Shown here piece after piece: positions 20,280 to 30,604 of a stretch of 64,000 nt of DNA. The notes below the pieces were generated by a model. It ran no database searches. It was not told the DNA's origin and saw nothing but the letters and a program-made list of their open reading frames with translations. A program made the position numbers and the translations under genes. Every line of letters begins with the position of its first letter. Within the stretch, counting starts at the first letter, position 1. The DNA lies in the IMG/VR virus record IMGVR_UViG_3300042147_000025, positions 1 to 64,000 of that record, one strand, 5' to 3'. This DNA is from a virus.

Positions 20280-20375
20280 TGAAACAAAATCCAAAATACC
20301 TGAAAATACCGCTGTACAAACCCAATAAATCATGCAAGAATGGTAGTACAAATTAAATTGTAAAGGAGAGAAGAG

Positions 20376-21093
20376 ATGGGCTATTACACACGATATGATA
20401 TTTCTGATAACCCACAAACTGTTCAGCAAGCAATTGAGGAGAAATCTCAATACCACTTCTACTCTGGACAAACTGATACTGTAAAGTGGTATGATTGGCA
20501 GGAACACTGCAAAGAGGTTTCTAAAAACTTTCCTAACCTTGTAATCAAAGTTGAAGGCGATGGTGAAGAACAGGGTGATCAATGGAAAGCTTACATTAAA
20601 AATGGTAAGATTCAGATTGCTAAAGCTGTAGTAACGTTTGAAGAATTTGATGAAGCAAAACTTAACTAATCTAGGAGAAATAAAATGTCTAACTTTACAT
20701 ATGCCGTGGTAGAAAAAGCAACTGGTCTGACTCTTGAAGCAACCACTACACGCGAAGCTGCCAGAGAAATCAAGCGTGAGTTTGAAAGCTATAACTCTGG
20801 TAATCAATTTCAGATTGTGCAGTTTGTTAAGTCTAAGGTAGTCCGCTAGTATGGGCAGCATCCGTATCTCAGAAACATCCCAAGTTGGTGAAGTGTATTC
20901 TACTGTAGAATATGAATTCAGTGATGCATCTGACTTCTTTGCTTGGGATGAAATGAAGCGTGAAACTATCAATAATGCTGTTAAGAACTTTGTAGGTGGT
21001 CTGTACGGTGAGAATCCTGTTGAAGATCAACCAGCAGATAATGTGACAGAGATTAAAGTTGCTAAGAAGGCTAAAGAGCCAACTAAACACTAA
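20376..21093 (+). CDS. Three small hypothetical genes (20376-20669, 20685-20849, 20851-21093)
   Basis: ORFs with GGAGA-type RBSs. Confidence 0.6.
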
Positions 21094-21174
21094 AAGAATT
21101 TACGGAAACGTAGATATAGCCTCACAATAATGTGAACAAAACTTAATACACAACTTAATAGAGAAAAATTAAAT

Positions 21175-21915
21175 ATGACTAACAAAACAGAAGTGATCGT
21201 CCGTGACCTGCCTAAATCGGGCACTCTGGAGACAGCAAACGTTTATATCAAGAATGCTGTAGTTTACTATGCAGCAGTCCACGAGCCAAAGCTTAAATAT
21301 CAATCGACTGACAAAGAGTTCAGTGCAACTGTCTTCGTTGATGAAGAGGCTAAGGATCGTCTGTTGGATGAAGTGATGGTTAACAAATCCTTCTCCCAAG
21401 TTGGTATCACCAAAACGAGCAAACCGCCGCGAAAAATTAAATTCGCATTGTCTTCGCAAGTTGAAGAAGGTAAAGCTAATTATGATCTGGTAGATGGTTT
21501 GTGGGGATTCAACATTGCCAAGCCTGAGTTTAGTAAGAAGGGTCTGCCGATGAACGTTAACGTTATTGACGCAGAAGGTAATGCATTCACTGAGAACGTG
21601 GGTAATGGTAGTGTTGTTAACCTGAAGTTGTTTGGTTACAAGAATCAGGACGGTCAACTCACTGTTACACTGGACACTGTTCAAGTGATTGAGCACGTAG
21701 CTTATGAAGGTAAAGGTTCGTCTGATTCGGTTGATGATGATGTCTTGGGTGTTAGTTACAAGGTGAAGAAAACTGAGGCTAAACCTGCTGAGGAGGAAGC
21801 TGTTGTAGCGCCTAAGAAAGCAAACACACTCCCACAGAAAAATGATGTAGATACTTCTTTCGAGGAAGATTTGCCTTTCAATCGTATCAGTGATCGCCTG
21901 TTGATGATTATCTAA
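21175..21915 (+). CDS. Single-stranded DNA-binding protein (T7 gp2.5-like)
   Basis: NVGNGSVVNL OB-fold motif, acidic tail with EEDLPF, location in the replication module. Confidence 0.65.
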   Translation: MTNKTEVIVRDLPKSGTLETANVYIKNAVVYYAAVHEPKLKYQSTDKEFSATVFVDEEAKDRLLDEVMVNKSFSQVGITKTSKPPRKIKFALSSQVEEGKANYDLVDGLWGFNIAKPEFSKKGLPMNVNVIDAEGNAFTENVGNGSVVNLKLFGYKNQDGQLTVTLDTVQVIEHVAYEGKGSSDSVDDDVLGVSYKVKKTEAKPAEEEAVVAPKKANTLPQKNDVDTSFEEDLPFNRISDRLLMII

Positions 21916-21958
21916 AGGAACTTTGGGACATGGATGTCCACTTATTTAAGGAGAGATT

Positions 21959-22120
21959 ATGAAAGTTGTAAACGAAGATGGCTCTCTTGCACCTTGGCTG
22001 CAACAAGCAGAAGATCGTGGCCTTATTACAGACGGTGAAATTCATCTTGATCCTGAGACATACCAAATGTTTCTTGATTGGGAAGCTGAACAGAAACAAA
22101 CTAAACATACTTTGCATTAA
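21959..22120 (+). CDS. Small acidic hypothetical protein (MKVVNEDGSL...)
   Basis: 53-aa ORF read from sequence, AAGGAG RBS. Confidence 0.55.
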   Translation: MKVVNEDGSLAPWLQQAEDRGLITDGEIHLDPETYQMFLDWEAEQKQTKHTLH

Positions 22121-22133
22121 TTAGGAGAAACAC

Positions 22134-22388
22134 ATGACTGAACAAGAACTCTTCGACCGACTGGTAGATTTGAACAAACAAGCACTGACAATTGCAGAAG
22201 ATATTTCTCAATTGAAGAAAGATACAAAGTATCACAAGGACAACAATCCATCGGGCATTAGCGTTGATGATATTAAGTTTGTCGCAGCGGCTGCTAAATT
22301 GGAAGCCAAGCAACAATTTGAAGAATTCAGTGGTGATAATGCTGCTGTAATTGCTAAGTATAAAGTGCTTACTAATTATGATGCCTAA
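22134..22388 (+). CDS. Small helical protein, possibly GapR/T4 DsbA-like DNA-binding protein
   Basis: IAEDISQLKKD...GISVDDIK pattern; AGGAG RBS. Confidence 0.4.
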   Translation: MTEQELFDRLVDLNKQALTIAEDISQLKKDTKYHKDNNPSGISVDDIKFVAAAAKLEAKQQFEEFSGDNAAVIAKYKVLTNYDA

Positions 22389-22401
22389 TTGATTTGAATA
22401 A

Positions 22402-22428
22402 GGCCGGTGAAATATCCGGCTTTTGTTT
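22402..22428 (+). terminator. Rho-independent terminator
   Basis: GCCGG/CCGGC stem followed by TTTTGTTT. Confidence 0.7.
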
Positions 22429-22439
22429 AGGAGAGTAGA

Positions 22440-22751
22440 ATGAATAATCTTTATAGTTTCTATGTTGATTGTGGTCGTATGGGCAGTCTGGATGGTTTGT
22501 TTATTGCTACACAGGGAGAAGTAGACAAAGCAATTGGTCGCGAGATGTATTTTGGCGAAGTGTTGGGTAAACACTCTGATGTACAAGGTACTCTTGAAGC
22601 TCACGAGATTAAGCTTGTGTCTAGTGACCAAGACAAAGTTGAGTGGCTTCTTGAACTTCTTGGTGAGAATGTAAGCGGCTTTAATCCTCTGGACTACATT
22701 CAAGAATATGATGAGGATGACGAAGAAGAGGAATATGAGGATGACGAGTAA
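22440..22751 (+). CDS. Hypothetical phage protein with acidic tail
   Basis: DCGRMG.LDGLF, FGEVLGKHSDV. Confidence 0.65.
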   Translation: MNNLYSFYVDCGRMGSLDGLFIATQGEVDKAIGREMYFGEVLGKHSDVQGTLEAHEIKLVSSDQDKVEWLLELLGENVSGFNPLDYIQEYDEDDEEEEYEDDE

Positions 22752-23748
22752 GCTAACATCAATTATTGACCTCGATTACGTAAAGTATAGTGCTGCCTCG
22801 GTTGGTGAGAAACGTTCAATCATTGTTACGCACAAAGCGTCAGGCCGTGAGAAAGAGTTTGATACACGCACAAGCTTTTATGGACGAGACAAGCTTAAAA
22901 GTGGAGGATGGCTTGGTGAACTAAACGCTAAACGTGAAAGTCCTTTTAGTGTAGATGAGTTTGAGATTATTGATGTTCAAACTCCTGAGCCAGTTGACCA
23001 CGTATTGCAGATTGCAAAGACACAAGTAGAAAATGACCTTAAAAAATTGGGTACAAATAAGTACAAAGCGTTTTTAGGGAAAGGTGATAGCTTCCGTGTT
23101 GAACTTTCTACATTGCTTAAGTACAAAGATAACAGAAAGGATATGCTTCGCCCTTTGCATATGGATGCTGTGACAGAATATCTTGCTCGTAAGTTTAAAG
23201 CTGAGATTATTGAATCGTTTGAGGTAGATGATCGTTGCGTACAAGAGTGTTATAAACAACCAAATAATGTAATTCAAGGCTTGGATAAAGATTACTATTC
23301 CTCACCAAATAAGTTCTTCAACGTTAATCGTCCAGAAGAGGGTATTATTGATTGTGATCAATTCGGCAAGCTTTGGTTAACTGATAAAGGTGATGTTCGT
23401 GGCGTAGGCAGGCTTCATCTAGCTTGGCAAATTGCCAGTAATGACACTAGTGATAACTATGCTGCAAACTGTTTCTCAGATATTAAGTGGGCAGGAAAAT
23501 CAGCATATAAAGCACTAGTAGACTGTACCACTGACACCGAGGCATGGTTGAAGCTTAAAGAGGTTTTCCAGCATCTTTATCCCGAAGAAAAGACTGTTTT
23601 GGGGTGGAGAAACGAGCCTATCAACATCACTTGGGATTATGTTCTCAATGAGTGCTTTATGATGGCGAGAATGGTTAAAGTTCCGAGTGAGAATATTAAT
23701 GCTTACGATGTGATGGATGAATTAGGGATTGAGTATGGAGCTGATTGA
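22741..23748 (+). CDS. 5'-3' exonuclease (T7 gp6/FEN-like)
   Basis: IIDLD, YKDNR, FEVDD, DKD and DTSDNY acidic motifs. Confidence 0.8.
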   Translation: MTSKLTSIIDLDYVKYSAASVGEKRSIIVTHKASGREKEFDTRTSFYGRDKLKSGGWLGELNAKRESPFSVDEFEIIDVQTPEPVDHVLQIAKTQVENDLKKLGTNKYKAFLGKGDSFRVELSTLLKYKDNRKDMLRPLHMDAVTEYLARKFKAEIIESFEVDDRCVQECYKQPNNVIQGLDKDYYSSPNKFFNVNRPEEGIIDCDQFGKLWLTDKGDVRGVGRLHLAWQIASNDTSDNYAANCFSDIKWAGKSAYKALVDCTTDTEAWLKLKEVFQHLYPEEKTVLGWRNEPINITWDYVLNECFMMARMVKVPSENINAYDVMDELGIEYGAD

Positions 23749-24466
23749 CAGAAAGACAGCGTTAGATCTAGGTTTAACAACTTACTTCACAGGTAAAGAA
23801 TGTAAAAATGGGCACATCGCAACACGTAAAGTTGGCTGTGGAAGTTGCTCAACGTGTGGTGCAGAAAGAACAAAACGATGGAGGGAAGAAGGTAAACAAT
23901 CTGATTTCAATATCAGCGGAAAAGAACTCCCTTCTCTGGATTATCTCAATGAATGTCTAGAGTATAAAGACGGGGTGTTATTTTGGAAGGTGCGTCCAAG
24001 ATCACACTTTAAGTCAGAGAAAGGCTGGAAGATCAGTATTACTCGAAACAGTGGTAAGATTGCAGGACACTACCATAAGACTAACAATTACCTAGAAGTT
24101 AGAATTGATGACCATCTTTACAAGGGTCACAGGGTAGTGTATAAATTAGTTTCTGGGCAAGAGCCTATTGGGATGGTGGATCATATCGATGGTGATGTGA
24201 CAAACAACAGATTTGAAAACCTAAGAATTGCCACATCTCAGGAAAATGCTCGGAATGCAAATAAACGACCGCGTAATGCTTCAAGTATTTACAAGGGCGT
24301 TGCAAATGAAAATGGTAAGTGGGCTAGTTACGTGACTGTTGACGATAAATACGTAAGAAATTTCTTTGATACAGAAGTAGAAGCTGCGCTCGATTATGAT
24401 AAGAGAGCCTCACAATCGTTTGGTGAATTTGCTAAATTAAACTTTCCATTGGAGATTAACGTATGA
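23735..24466 (+). CDS. HNH homing endonuclease with AP2-like domain
   Basis: HRVVY...VDHIDGDVTNNRFENLR...ENARN; S.YKGV; FGEFAKLNF. Confidence 0.85.
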   Translation: MELIDRKTALDLGLTTYFTGKECKNGHIATRKVGCGSCSTCGAERTKRWREEGKQSDFNISGKELPSLDYLNECLEYKDGVLFWKVRPRSHFKSEKGWKISITRNSGKIAGHYHKTNNYLEVRIDDHLYKGHRVVYKLVSGQEPIGMVDHIDGDVTNNRFENLRIATSQENARNANKRPRNASSIYKGVANENGKWASYVTVDDKYVRNFFDTEVEAALDYDKRASQSFGEFAKLNFPLEINV

Positions 24467-24804
24467 AAAAGATTACCGAAGATTACCTGTTGGACTACGT
24501 ATCAGACGTTGGTGAGTTTGAGAAAGAGCATCGTAAATATTCATCCTTCTACTGCACTGTTACACACCGAATCACTCAAGAGGATATTGAAGCCTTGGCA
24601 GAAGATGCTGTTGATGCGAGTGACTTTCTAGGTGTACTGATTACACGTAATGGTATCTGGGACGATTCTTGGGGAACTGAGTGGAGCGATACAACTTACG
24701 AGAAGCTACAAGAATATCAAGAGCTTGTTCCAGAGGTTGTGATTCCTGAGCATTATGTTACGAAATATAAGACTTCAGCTTTTAAGCCTGTGTTTGAAGA
24801 ATGA
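24463..24804 (+). CDS. Hypothetical protein
   Basis: 113-aa coupled ORF. Confidence 0.6.
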   Translation: MKKITEDYLLDYVSDVGEFEKEHRKYSSFYCTVTHRITQEDIEALAEDAVDASDFLGVLITRNGIWDDSWGTEWSDTTYEKLQEYQELVPEVVIPEHYVTKYKTSAFKPVFEE

Positions 24805-25403
24805 CAATTCCATCACAAGCAGACATCGCTAAACGTAAAGCTAATCGTGACAAGCTTGCAAAGAAAATCACAGAAGATGGACACCTAAAAGAAAATGAAT
24901 TAGTTCGTATTGTCCGCAAAGCAATCGATTCGGCTTGGATGACCGCAGCAAATAAATTAGTCTTCTTTGAAGATAAAGTTATTCCTGATATGAATCCAGC
25001 AACACGAACAAAATGGTTGATTGAGTGTAATCAATGCGGTAATATGTTCAAGGTTGATGAAGTAAACGTAGATCATGTGGTTGGTGAGTTTGCATGTACA
25101 AATAGAGAAGAATTTATGTCTTATCTCCTCAGCCGACTAGATGTTAACTTTGAAGATTTACAGATACTGTGTGTTGATATCCCTAAGAAGAATCATACCG
25201 GTTGCCACCAGATTAAGACCCTGAGTGAGCGGATGGGAATTACATTCGAAGAGGCTAAGATTGAAAAAGAAGTAATTAAGATTTGTAAACTAAAAGCTGC
25301 ACAAATTGATAAATGGCTCAGTGATCGAGGAATTAAGGTTGCCAAGAATCCACAGGCTAGGCGAGATGCTGTTAGGGAGGTATTAAACAATGGCTTGGAT
25401 TAG
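24801..25403 (+). CDS. HNH-type endonuclease (Zn-binding), probably a core gene
   Basis: CNQC...VDHV...LQILC...CHQIKT. Confidence 0.7.
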   Translation: MTIPSQADIAKRKANRDKLAKKITEDGHLKENELVRIVRKAIDSAWMTAANKLVFFEDKVIPDMNPATRTKWLIECNQCGNMFKVDEVNVDHVVGEFACTNREEFMSYLLSRLDVNFEDLQILCVDIPKKNHTGCHQIKTLSERMGITFEEAKIEKEVIKICKLKAAQIDKWLSDRGIKVAKNPQARRDAVREVLNNGLD

Positions 25404-27060
25404 AGTTGAAGATGATTTGCCAGAAGAAACACAAGCTTATGGTTGCACAACAGACGATGTGCATGTAAAGAATTCAAATTCTGGGTTTGAAGATATTGGT
25501 TTCCTAGCTCGTACTACAACCGGTCCTAAATGGTTTACTAAATGTGGGAAATTTGAGCTTGAAAGTATTACTCATTGGAAATACTTCTAATGCTAATATT
25601 TCACTTCAAACCTGAAAACATGCTTGAATTCAACAAAGAAGATAACCGAAAGAAACTAATGGATACTCTTAAGAAGTTTCAAGAAATTGATGAAAAGCTT
25701 GAGAGAATCTGTAATGAACTTGGAATTGATAAACCTGAAATGGTTTGCAGGAGTATGGAACTATGAGCGAAATGGAACACAACAAGGGTAAACTTATTCC
25801 TTTTGAGATGACCGAAGAAATTGCTGAGTCTTTGGTTCAAGCGAAAGGAGAATCGTTGGAAAGTTACTATGATTCATATCTTGAACAGATGAATGATGAT
25901 TATACTTGGTATGATGAAGATTTAGCAAAGATCGCCGGTAAGTGGTACAAGGTAGAGTTTGAGATTAAGTCTGGTGAGTTGTACGGTTTTGCTGAAGCTA
26001 AAGAAAATGAAGATGGTTCAATTAACTTTGATACTTACCATTATAACGGCGGAGGTCATTGGACTGAAGTTGTGGAAGGAGCATTGAAATGACTAACAAA
26101 ATCACCAAAGAGTTTCTGTTCACCGAACTGAGTATTAAAATTGCAACTTTGGAAATGAAGTTGGATAAAGTATTGGAGTTACTTAATAAGTCTGAATATG
26201 AAATTGTAAATGTGGTTAATGTTAAAGACCACCTTCATGTTGGTATCAATGATGTAGTAAGGTCATTTAATACTTCTCCACCACAATGGCCTAATGAATC
26301 TCACACAGATTATCTGAAACGAATTGGTCAGTATAACGAAGCTAGTTCTGACAACGAAAACTTTGAGGATAACTACAAATGATTAAAGATTATTGGACAG
26401 CAATCTTCTGGTGTGAATTTATCCAGTTTAGTACGATGTTTCACATCTGGACACAACAACTTGGTGTTTAGCTTGAGAGGTGGGGTATGGGAAGTGTTAT
26501 AGATATGTTTCCGAAGAAGCCTATTAGCGAAAGTATTACTGTTAAAGTTGATGTATTGGAATACTGGCGAATTAGGAATGAATTGATTTCTGATGAGTTT
26601 GTAAAGTACAACGCCTATGAGAAACAGGAAATTTTAGACACGGTATTGTCCATGAATTTGGAACTGTACACTTTGGTAGTTAAATTGAAGGAGAGACTTG
26701 GTGAACATTGATGATCTAACTATTGATGATCTAACTATTGATGAGCTAGAAACACTTAAGAGTAAAGTTACTAAGAAGCTACATGATATTGAAAGTGAAG
26801 AGAAAGTTGTTGTTTGGAACTATGAACGAATGGGCCTTGTAAGCCGACAGTTTACAACTTTTGATTCTGCTTTAGCTTATTTTAATGACAACTATAAGGA
26901 GTTGTATGTAGAGTTGGCTCAAAAGTATGAGAAGAATCGTGGAGGCTATGCAAGCGTATATAACAATGCACCAAAACTTGTACCTGAGATGATGAGTCCC
27001 ACAGAGTTTGAAGAGTGTAAGAAAATTGGTCTATTTGAAGATCTTAATCCATCTAAGTAA
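25390..27060 (+). CDS. Run of small hypothetical genes (25390-25590, 25590-25766, 25763-26092, 26089-26382, 26487-26711, 26701-27060)
   Basis: Coupled ORFs; the first has a DUF551-like WI.VED.LP...ITHW pattern. Confidence 0.55.
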
Positions 27061-27072
27061 GGAGAATTGGTT

Positions 27073-27141
27073 TTGAGTGAAGTAGAATGGAAACAGCAGG
27101 CAATTGAATTAGCAAAGACTGGAAAGAACCATGTCACGTAA
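27073..27141 (+). pseudogene. Orphan 5' fragment resembling the N-terminus of the exonuclease at 27879
   Basis: AAGGAG RBS then TTG; MSEVEWKQQAIELAKTGKNHVT* versus MISKEWHNTALELRDQG. Confidence 0.55.
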
Positions 27142-27877
27142 TTTTAATAAGCTCTCTATTAATGAAATATACCCTACAAATGAAGGCTGTTTCATTAGAG
27201 TAGTCGATGTGATGACAGGTAAGAAGATCTTGGTAGAATTCCTAGATGACTATAAACATCAAGTCTACAGCGATGCATATACAATCACCAAAGGATCTTT
27301 GAAAAATTCGTATAACCCATCGGTTTCTGGAAGGGGCTTTATTGGTGTTGGTGAGTATACTCCTACAATAGATAGTAAACATACACCAGCCTATGTTCTA
27401 TGGAAAGCAATGTTCTACAGGTGTTATTCGGCAGAGTCTCTAGAGAAGTCACCGACCTATATTGATTGCTATGTCTCTGAGAAATGGTATAACTTCCAAA
27501 ATTTTGCTGGTTGGTTTTACTCGCAATCGAATTGGAAGTTGAATTACGAGTTAGATAAGGATCTTTTGTATTCCGGGAATAAAGTTTATTCAGAAGAAAC
27601 CTGTTGTCTAATCCCAAAGGACATAAATTCTAGCTTGGTTAAAGTAAAGCTAGATAGTCAAGGTTCTTTAGGAGTAAGACAAAGCTCGTCCGGTAAATAC
27701 ACAACTGAGTGCAGGATCAACAAAGTAAAAGTTCACCTAGGTAGCTTCGATAGTGTTGTGGAGGCACAGGCTGCATATTTAGAGGCGAAGAAACAGCAAA
27801 TGAACAGCCTCGCCAAACAGTATGAGAGTACACTGAGCGAAGCAGTATTGGAACGACTTAAAAACTGGAGTATTTGA
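27131..27877 (+). CDS. Free-standing HNH-type homing endonuclease
   Basis: WKAMFYRCY, WYNFQNFAGW, LDKDLL...NKVYSEETC. Confidence 0.8.
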   Translation: MSRNFNKLSINEIYPTNEGCFIRVVDVMTGKKILVEFLDDYKHQVYSDAYTITKGSLKNSYNPSVSGRGFIGVGEYTPTIDSKHTPAYVLWKAMFYRCYSAESLEKSPTYIDCYVSEKWYNFQNFAGWFYSQSNWKLNYELDKDLLYSGNKVYSEETCCLIPKDINSSLVKVKLDSQGSLGVRQSSSGKYTTECRINKVKVHLGSFDSVVEAQAAYLEAKKQQMNSLAKQYESTLSEAVLERLKNWSI

Positions 27878-27878
27878 T

Positions 27879-28814
27879 TTGATTAGTAAAGAATGGCATA
27901 ACACAGCACTAGAGCTACGTGATCAAGGGTTGTCTGGGAGGGCTATTGCTAACATCATTAACAAAAGCAAGAGTCAAGTAAATGATTTCTTTAAGTTTAT
28001 TTTTGATGCCAAACAAAATGTAAGCCCGGATGCATTTGAAAATAAAGGCCCAAAGATTCTATTTATCGATATTGAAACGAAGCCCATCCTCGCACATGTA
28101 TGGCGACTATTTGACCAGAACGTTGGATTGAACCAAATCCAAGAAGATTGGTCAATCCTGTCTTATTGTGCTAAATGGAAAGGTTCTGATGACGTGATCT
28201 ATGAAGACCTCCAAGGAGCTGAAGACTTTGAAGATGATAGTAAACTTCTTGGTAATCTTTGGAAGTTGTTGAATGAGGCTGATATTGTTGTAGGTCAGAA
28301 CAGTAAACGATTCGATGTGAAGAAAATCAATGCACGTCTGGTACTTAATGGCTACCCTAAGCCAAGTACATTCCGACAGATTGATACACTAAACATTGCT
28401 AAAGCTCAGTTTGGTTTCACTAGTAATAAATTGCAGTACATGACTGACAAGCTGTGTACACGTTACAAGAAGCTTGAGCATGGTAAGTTTGCTGGCCATC
28501 TGCTTTGGGCAGAGTGTATGAAAAATAACCCAGAAGCTTGGGCTGAAATGAAACTTTACAATGTCAATGATGTTCTGTCTCTAGAAGAACTTTACGACAT
28601 TCTCAGTAGCTGGGATAATACACTCCCTAACTTTGATGTATATGTAGATGAAATTCTAGATATGTCTGTGTGGGAAGAGGATGGTTTCCATTACAGTAAT
28701 GTTGGTAAATATAAGCGGTATCGTAATAAAGTGACTGGTGTTCAACGTAGGTCGCGTGTTAATCTGTTGCCGAAGGAAAAGAGGGATTCACTTCTTTCCA
28801 ATATTGCAGGGTAA
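27879..28814 (+). CDS. HTH plus RNase H-like (DEDD) 3'-5' exonuclease
   Basis: N-terminal HTH (GLSGRAIANIINKSKSQV); IDIET, GQNSKRFD, YNVNDV. Confidence 0.8.
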   Translation: MISKEWHNTALELRDQGLSGRAIANIINKSKSQVNDFFKFIFDAKQNVSPDAFENKGPKILFIDIETKPILAHVWRLFDQNVGLNQIQEDWSILSYCAKWKGSDDVIYEDLQGAEDFEDDSKLLGNLWKLLNEADIVVGQNSKRFDVKKINARLVLNGYPKPSTFRQIDTLNIAKAQFGFTSNKLQYMTDKLCTRYKKLEHGKFAGHLLWAECMKNNPEAWAEMKLYNVNDVLSLEELYDILSSWDNTLPNFDVYVDEILDMSVWEEDGFHYSNVGKYKRYRNKVTGVQRRSRVNLLPKEKRDSLLSNIAG

Positions 28815-28957
28815 ATAAGTGGAAGACTCTAGACTTAAAAATAGTGTATCGCGGTTGGAGAAAGAAGTGGACAACCTTACGAAAACAGTCTACAATCTTA
28901 AACAACAGATGAGTGATGCACTTGAACAAATTAAATCATTAAAAGAGAGGCTTAGTG

Positions 28958-29503
28958 ATGGTAGCGGAAAGTAAATTTAAAGTTGGTGATAAAGTTATTG
29001 CTGTAAAGGACACACCTCAAAACCCAGAGGGTTGGATTGGCTATATCACAAACCTCAATCCCAGAACAGGTGCATTTGATTTCTATGCTCAAGCAGAGGA
29101 AGGTGGGGAAGAGTTTGCTTTTGATGAGCATGAACTTGAGCTATTGAGTGTGAGTCAATCTTCCATCGCACGTCCAATTCTAGAAGAACGAAAGATTGGT
29201 AAAGTTCAAATGGATTTGTTTGACTCAGGCTTCCCAAATGCTGTAATGGAAGTTGCAAAGGTAATGACATGGGCCGCCGAAAACAAGGGTTATAAACCAC
29301 ATGATTGGGTTAACCTTCCAGATGCTGAGACTTCTTTCCCATCAGCAGCAAGTCGTCATCGGGTTAAGAGCTTGATTCAAAAGGTTGAAGGATTGCCTGT
29401 AAGTGAGCGTGTAGATGAAGAGTCTGCAATCCTTCACAAAGCTCATGAGGCTTTCAATATCCTTGCTGAATTGGAGTTGATGCTGAGAGGGAAGATTAAA
29501 TGA
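28958..29503 (+). CDS. dATP/dGTP diphosphohydrolase-domain protein (DUF5664-like) with SH3-like N-terminus
   Basis: EVAKVMTWAA...Y..HDW...SAASRH...DEES.ILH.AH.AFN. Confidence 0.65.
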   Translation: MVAESKFKVGDKVIAVKDTPQNPEGWIGYITNLNPRTGAFDFYAQAEEGGEEFAFDEHELELLSVSQSSIARPILEERKIGKVQMDLFDSGFPNAVMEVAKVMTWAAENKGYKPHDWVNLPDAETSFPSAASRHRVKSLIQKVEGLPVSERVDEESAILHKAHEAFNILAELELMLRGKIK

Positions 29504-29937
29504 GACTCCTTGGAATTGATGTTGACGGCGTGGTAGTTGACACACTAACCCTATACAAACAAGCCTCACCTAACTTGGAAGATCCACTAGACTTCTGGCG
29601 AGATGAAAATCTTTATGATAATCTTGTTCCAATGGAGGGTGCTGTAGAGAAACTTGAACAACTTAGTAAATACTTTGGTATAGTGTTTGTAAGCCGATTG
29701 AAAGGTAATCACCACAGGTCGAAAGTGTATTTCTTGAAGAAACATTTTCTGTTTATGACTGGCTTTGTTGGAAGTCATGAAAAATGGATTCTGAATGATT
29801 CTCTTGTTGCAATGGTGGATGATTTAGAGGATAATCTTACTAAGTTTGATGCAGACAAGAGAATTCATTTTGGACAGGGTGAATATAAAGATTGGAATAC
29901 GTTTGATGTTGAATACTTTTGTGAACAATATTTGTAA
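29500..29937 (+). CDS. HAD-family 5'(3')-deoxyribonucleotidase
   Basis: IDVDGVVVD motif I, MVDD motif IV. Confidence 0.75.
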   Translation: MRLLGIDVDGVVVDTLTLYKQASPNLEDPLDFWRDENLYDNLVPMEGAVEKLEQLSKYFGIVFVSRLKGNHHRSKVYFLKKHFLFMTGFVGSHEKWILNDSLVAMVDDLEDNLTKFDADKRIHFGQGEYKDWNTFDVEYFCEQYL

Positions 29938-30118
29938 TTAAGGGGGGAGTTATGGAATTTGAATGTGTACACAATGGTGTAATGCCACAAGAATTTGAAG
30001 TGGCCTTGTTGGAAGGCAAAGCAATACTCTGTAAAACTTCGATTGGGTGGATTGAAGTGGATATCGAATCTGTAGAAGATTTTCGTAATAATGTAAAATA
30101 CAAAATTAAGGAGAAGTT

Positions 30119-30604
30119 GTGAGTAAGAAAGAATGTATCAAGTTCGGTTATGCAATCGGTAATCAACCTGCAATGGGCGATCACTGGGAAGTTTGGAAGC
30201 AAGTGAAAGCCCAATCCAAGCTTATCCTAGAAGAAGTAAATGAACTTGAGGATGCCTGTTCAGAGGAAGACCTTCTAGAAGTGTTGGACGCTGTAATGGA
30301 TATTAAATATCTGAATACATACCTTGAACATCTGCTGGAAGCTTACGGTTGTAAAACTAAGCTTGCTTGGGAGACAGTGTGTTCCAATAATGCTCAGAAG
30401 ATTACAACTAGCTATACCTACGCACAAAGCAGTAAAGAATATCTGGAATCTCGTGAAGAAGGTGAATTCTATATCGATGAAACTTTGTTTGAAGGCGAGC
30501 GTCTGTACACTGTAAAACGAGTTAGTGACAGCAAGGTCATGAAATTGAAATCTCACGTACGGCCAGAACTTACTACTTGTATTCCTGAAGAGTTTAAAGT
30601 ATGA
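30119..30604 (+). CDS. MazG-like NTP pyrophosphohydrolase
   Basis: LILEEVNELEDA...EVLDAVMDIKY. Confidence 0.7.
   Translation: MSKKECIKFGYAIGNQPAMGDHWEVWKQVKAQSKLILEEVNELEDACSEEDLLEVLDAVMDIKYLNTYLEHLLEAYGCKTKLAWETVCSNNAQKITTSYTYAQSSKEYLESREEGEFYIDETLFEGERLYTVKRVSDSKVMKLKSHVRPELTTCIPEEFKV

Noticed and set aside
20025-20972. 315-aa minus-strand ORF (likewise 15502-16326, 22101-22703, 33843-34595)
   Set aside because: Antisense to well-supported plus-strand genes; no recognisable motifs
28958-30604. 2-aminoadenine (Z-base) or other base-modification pathway
   Set aside because: No PurZ, DatZ or transferase gene in the window; these hydrolases also occur in unmodified phages
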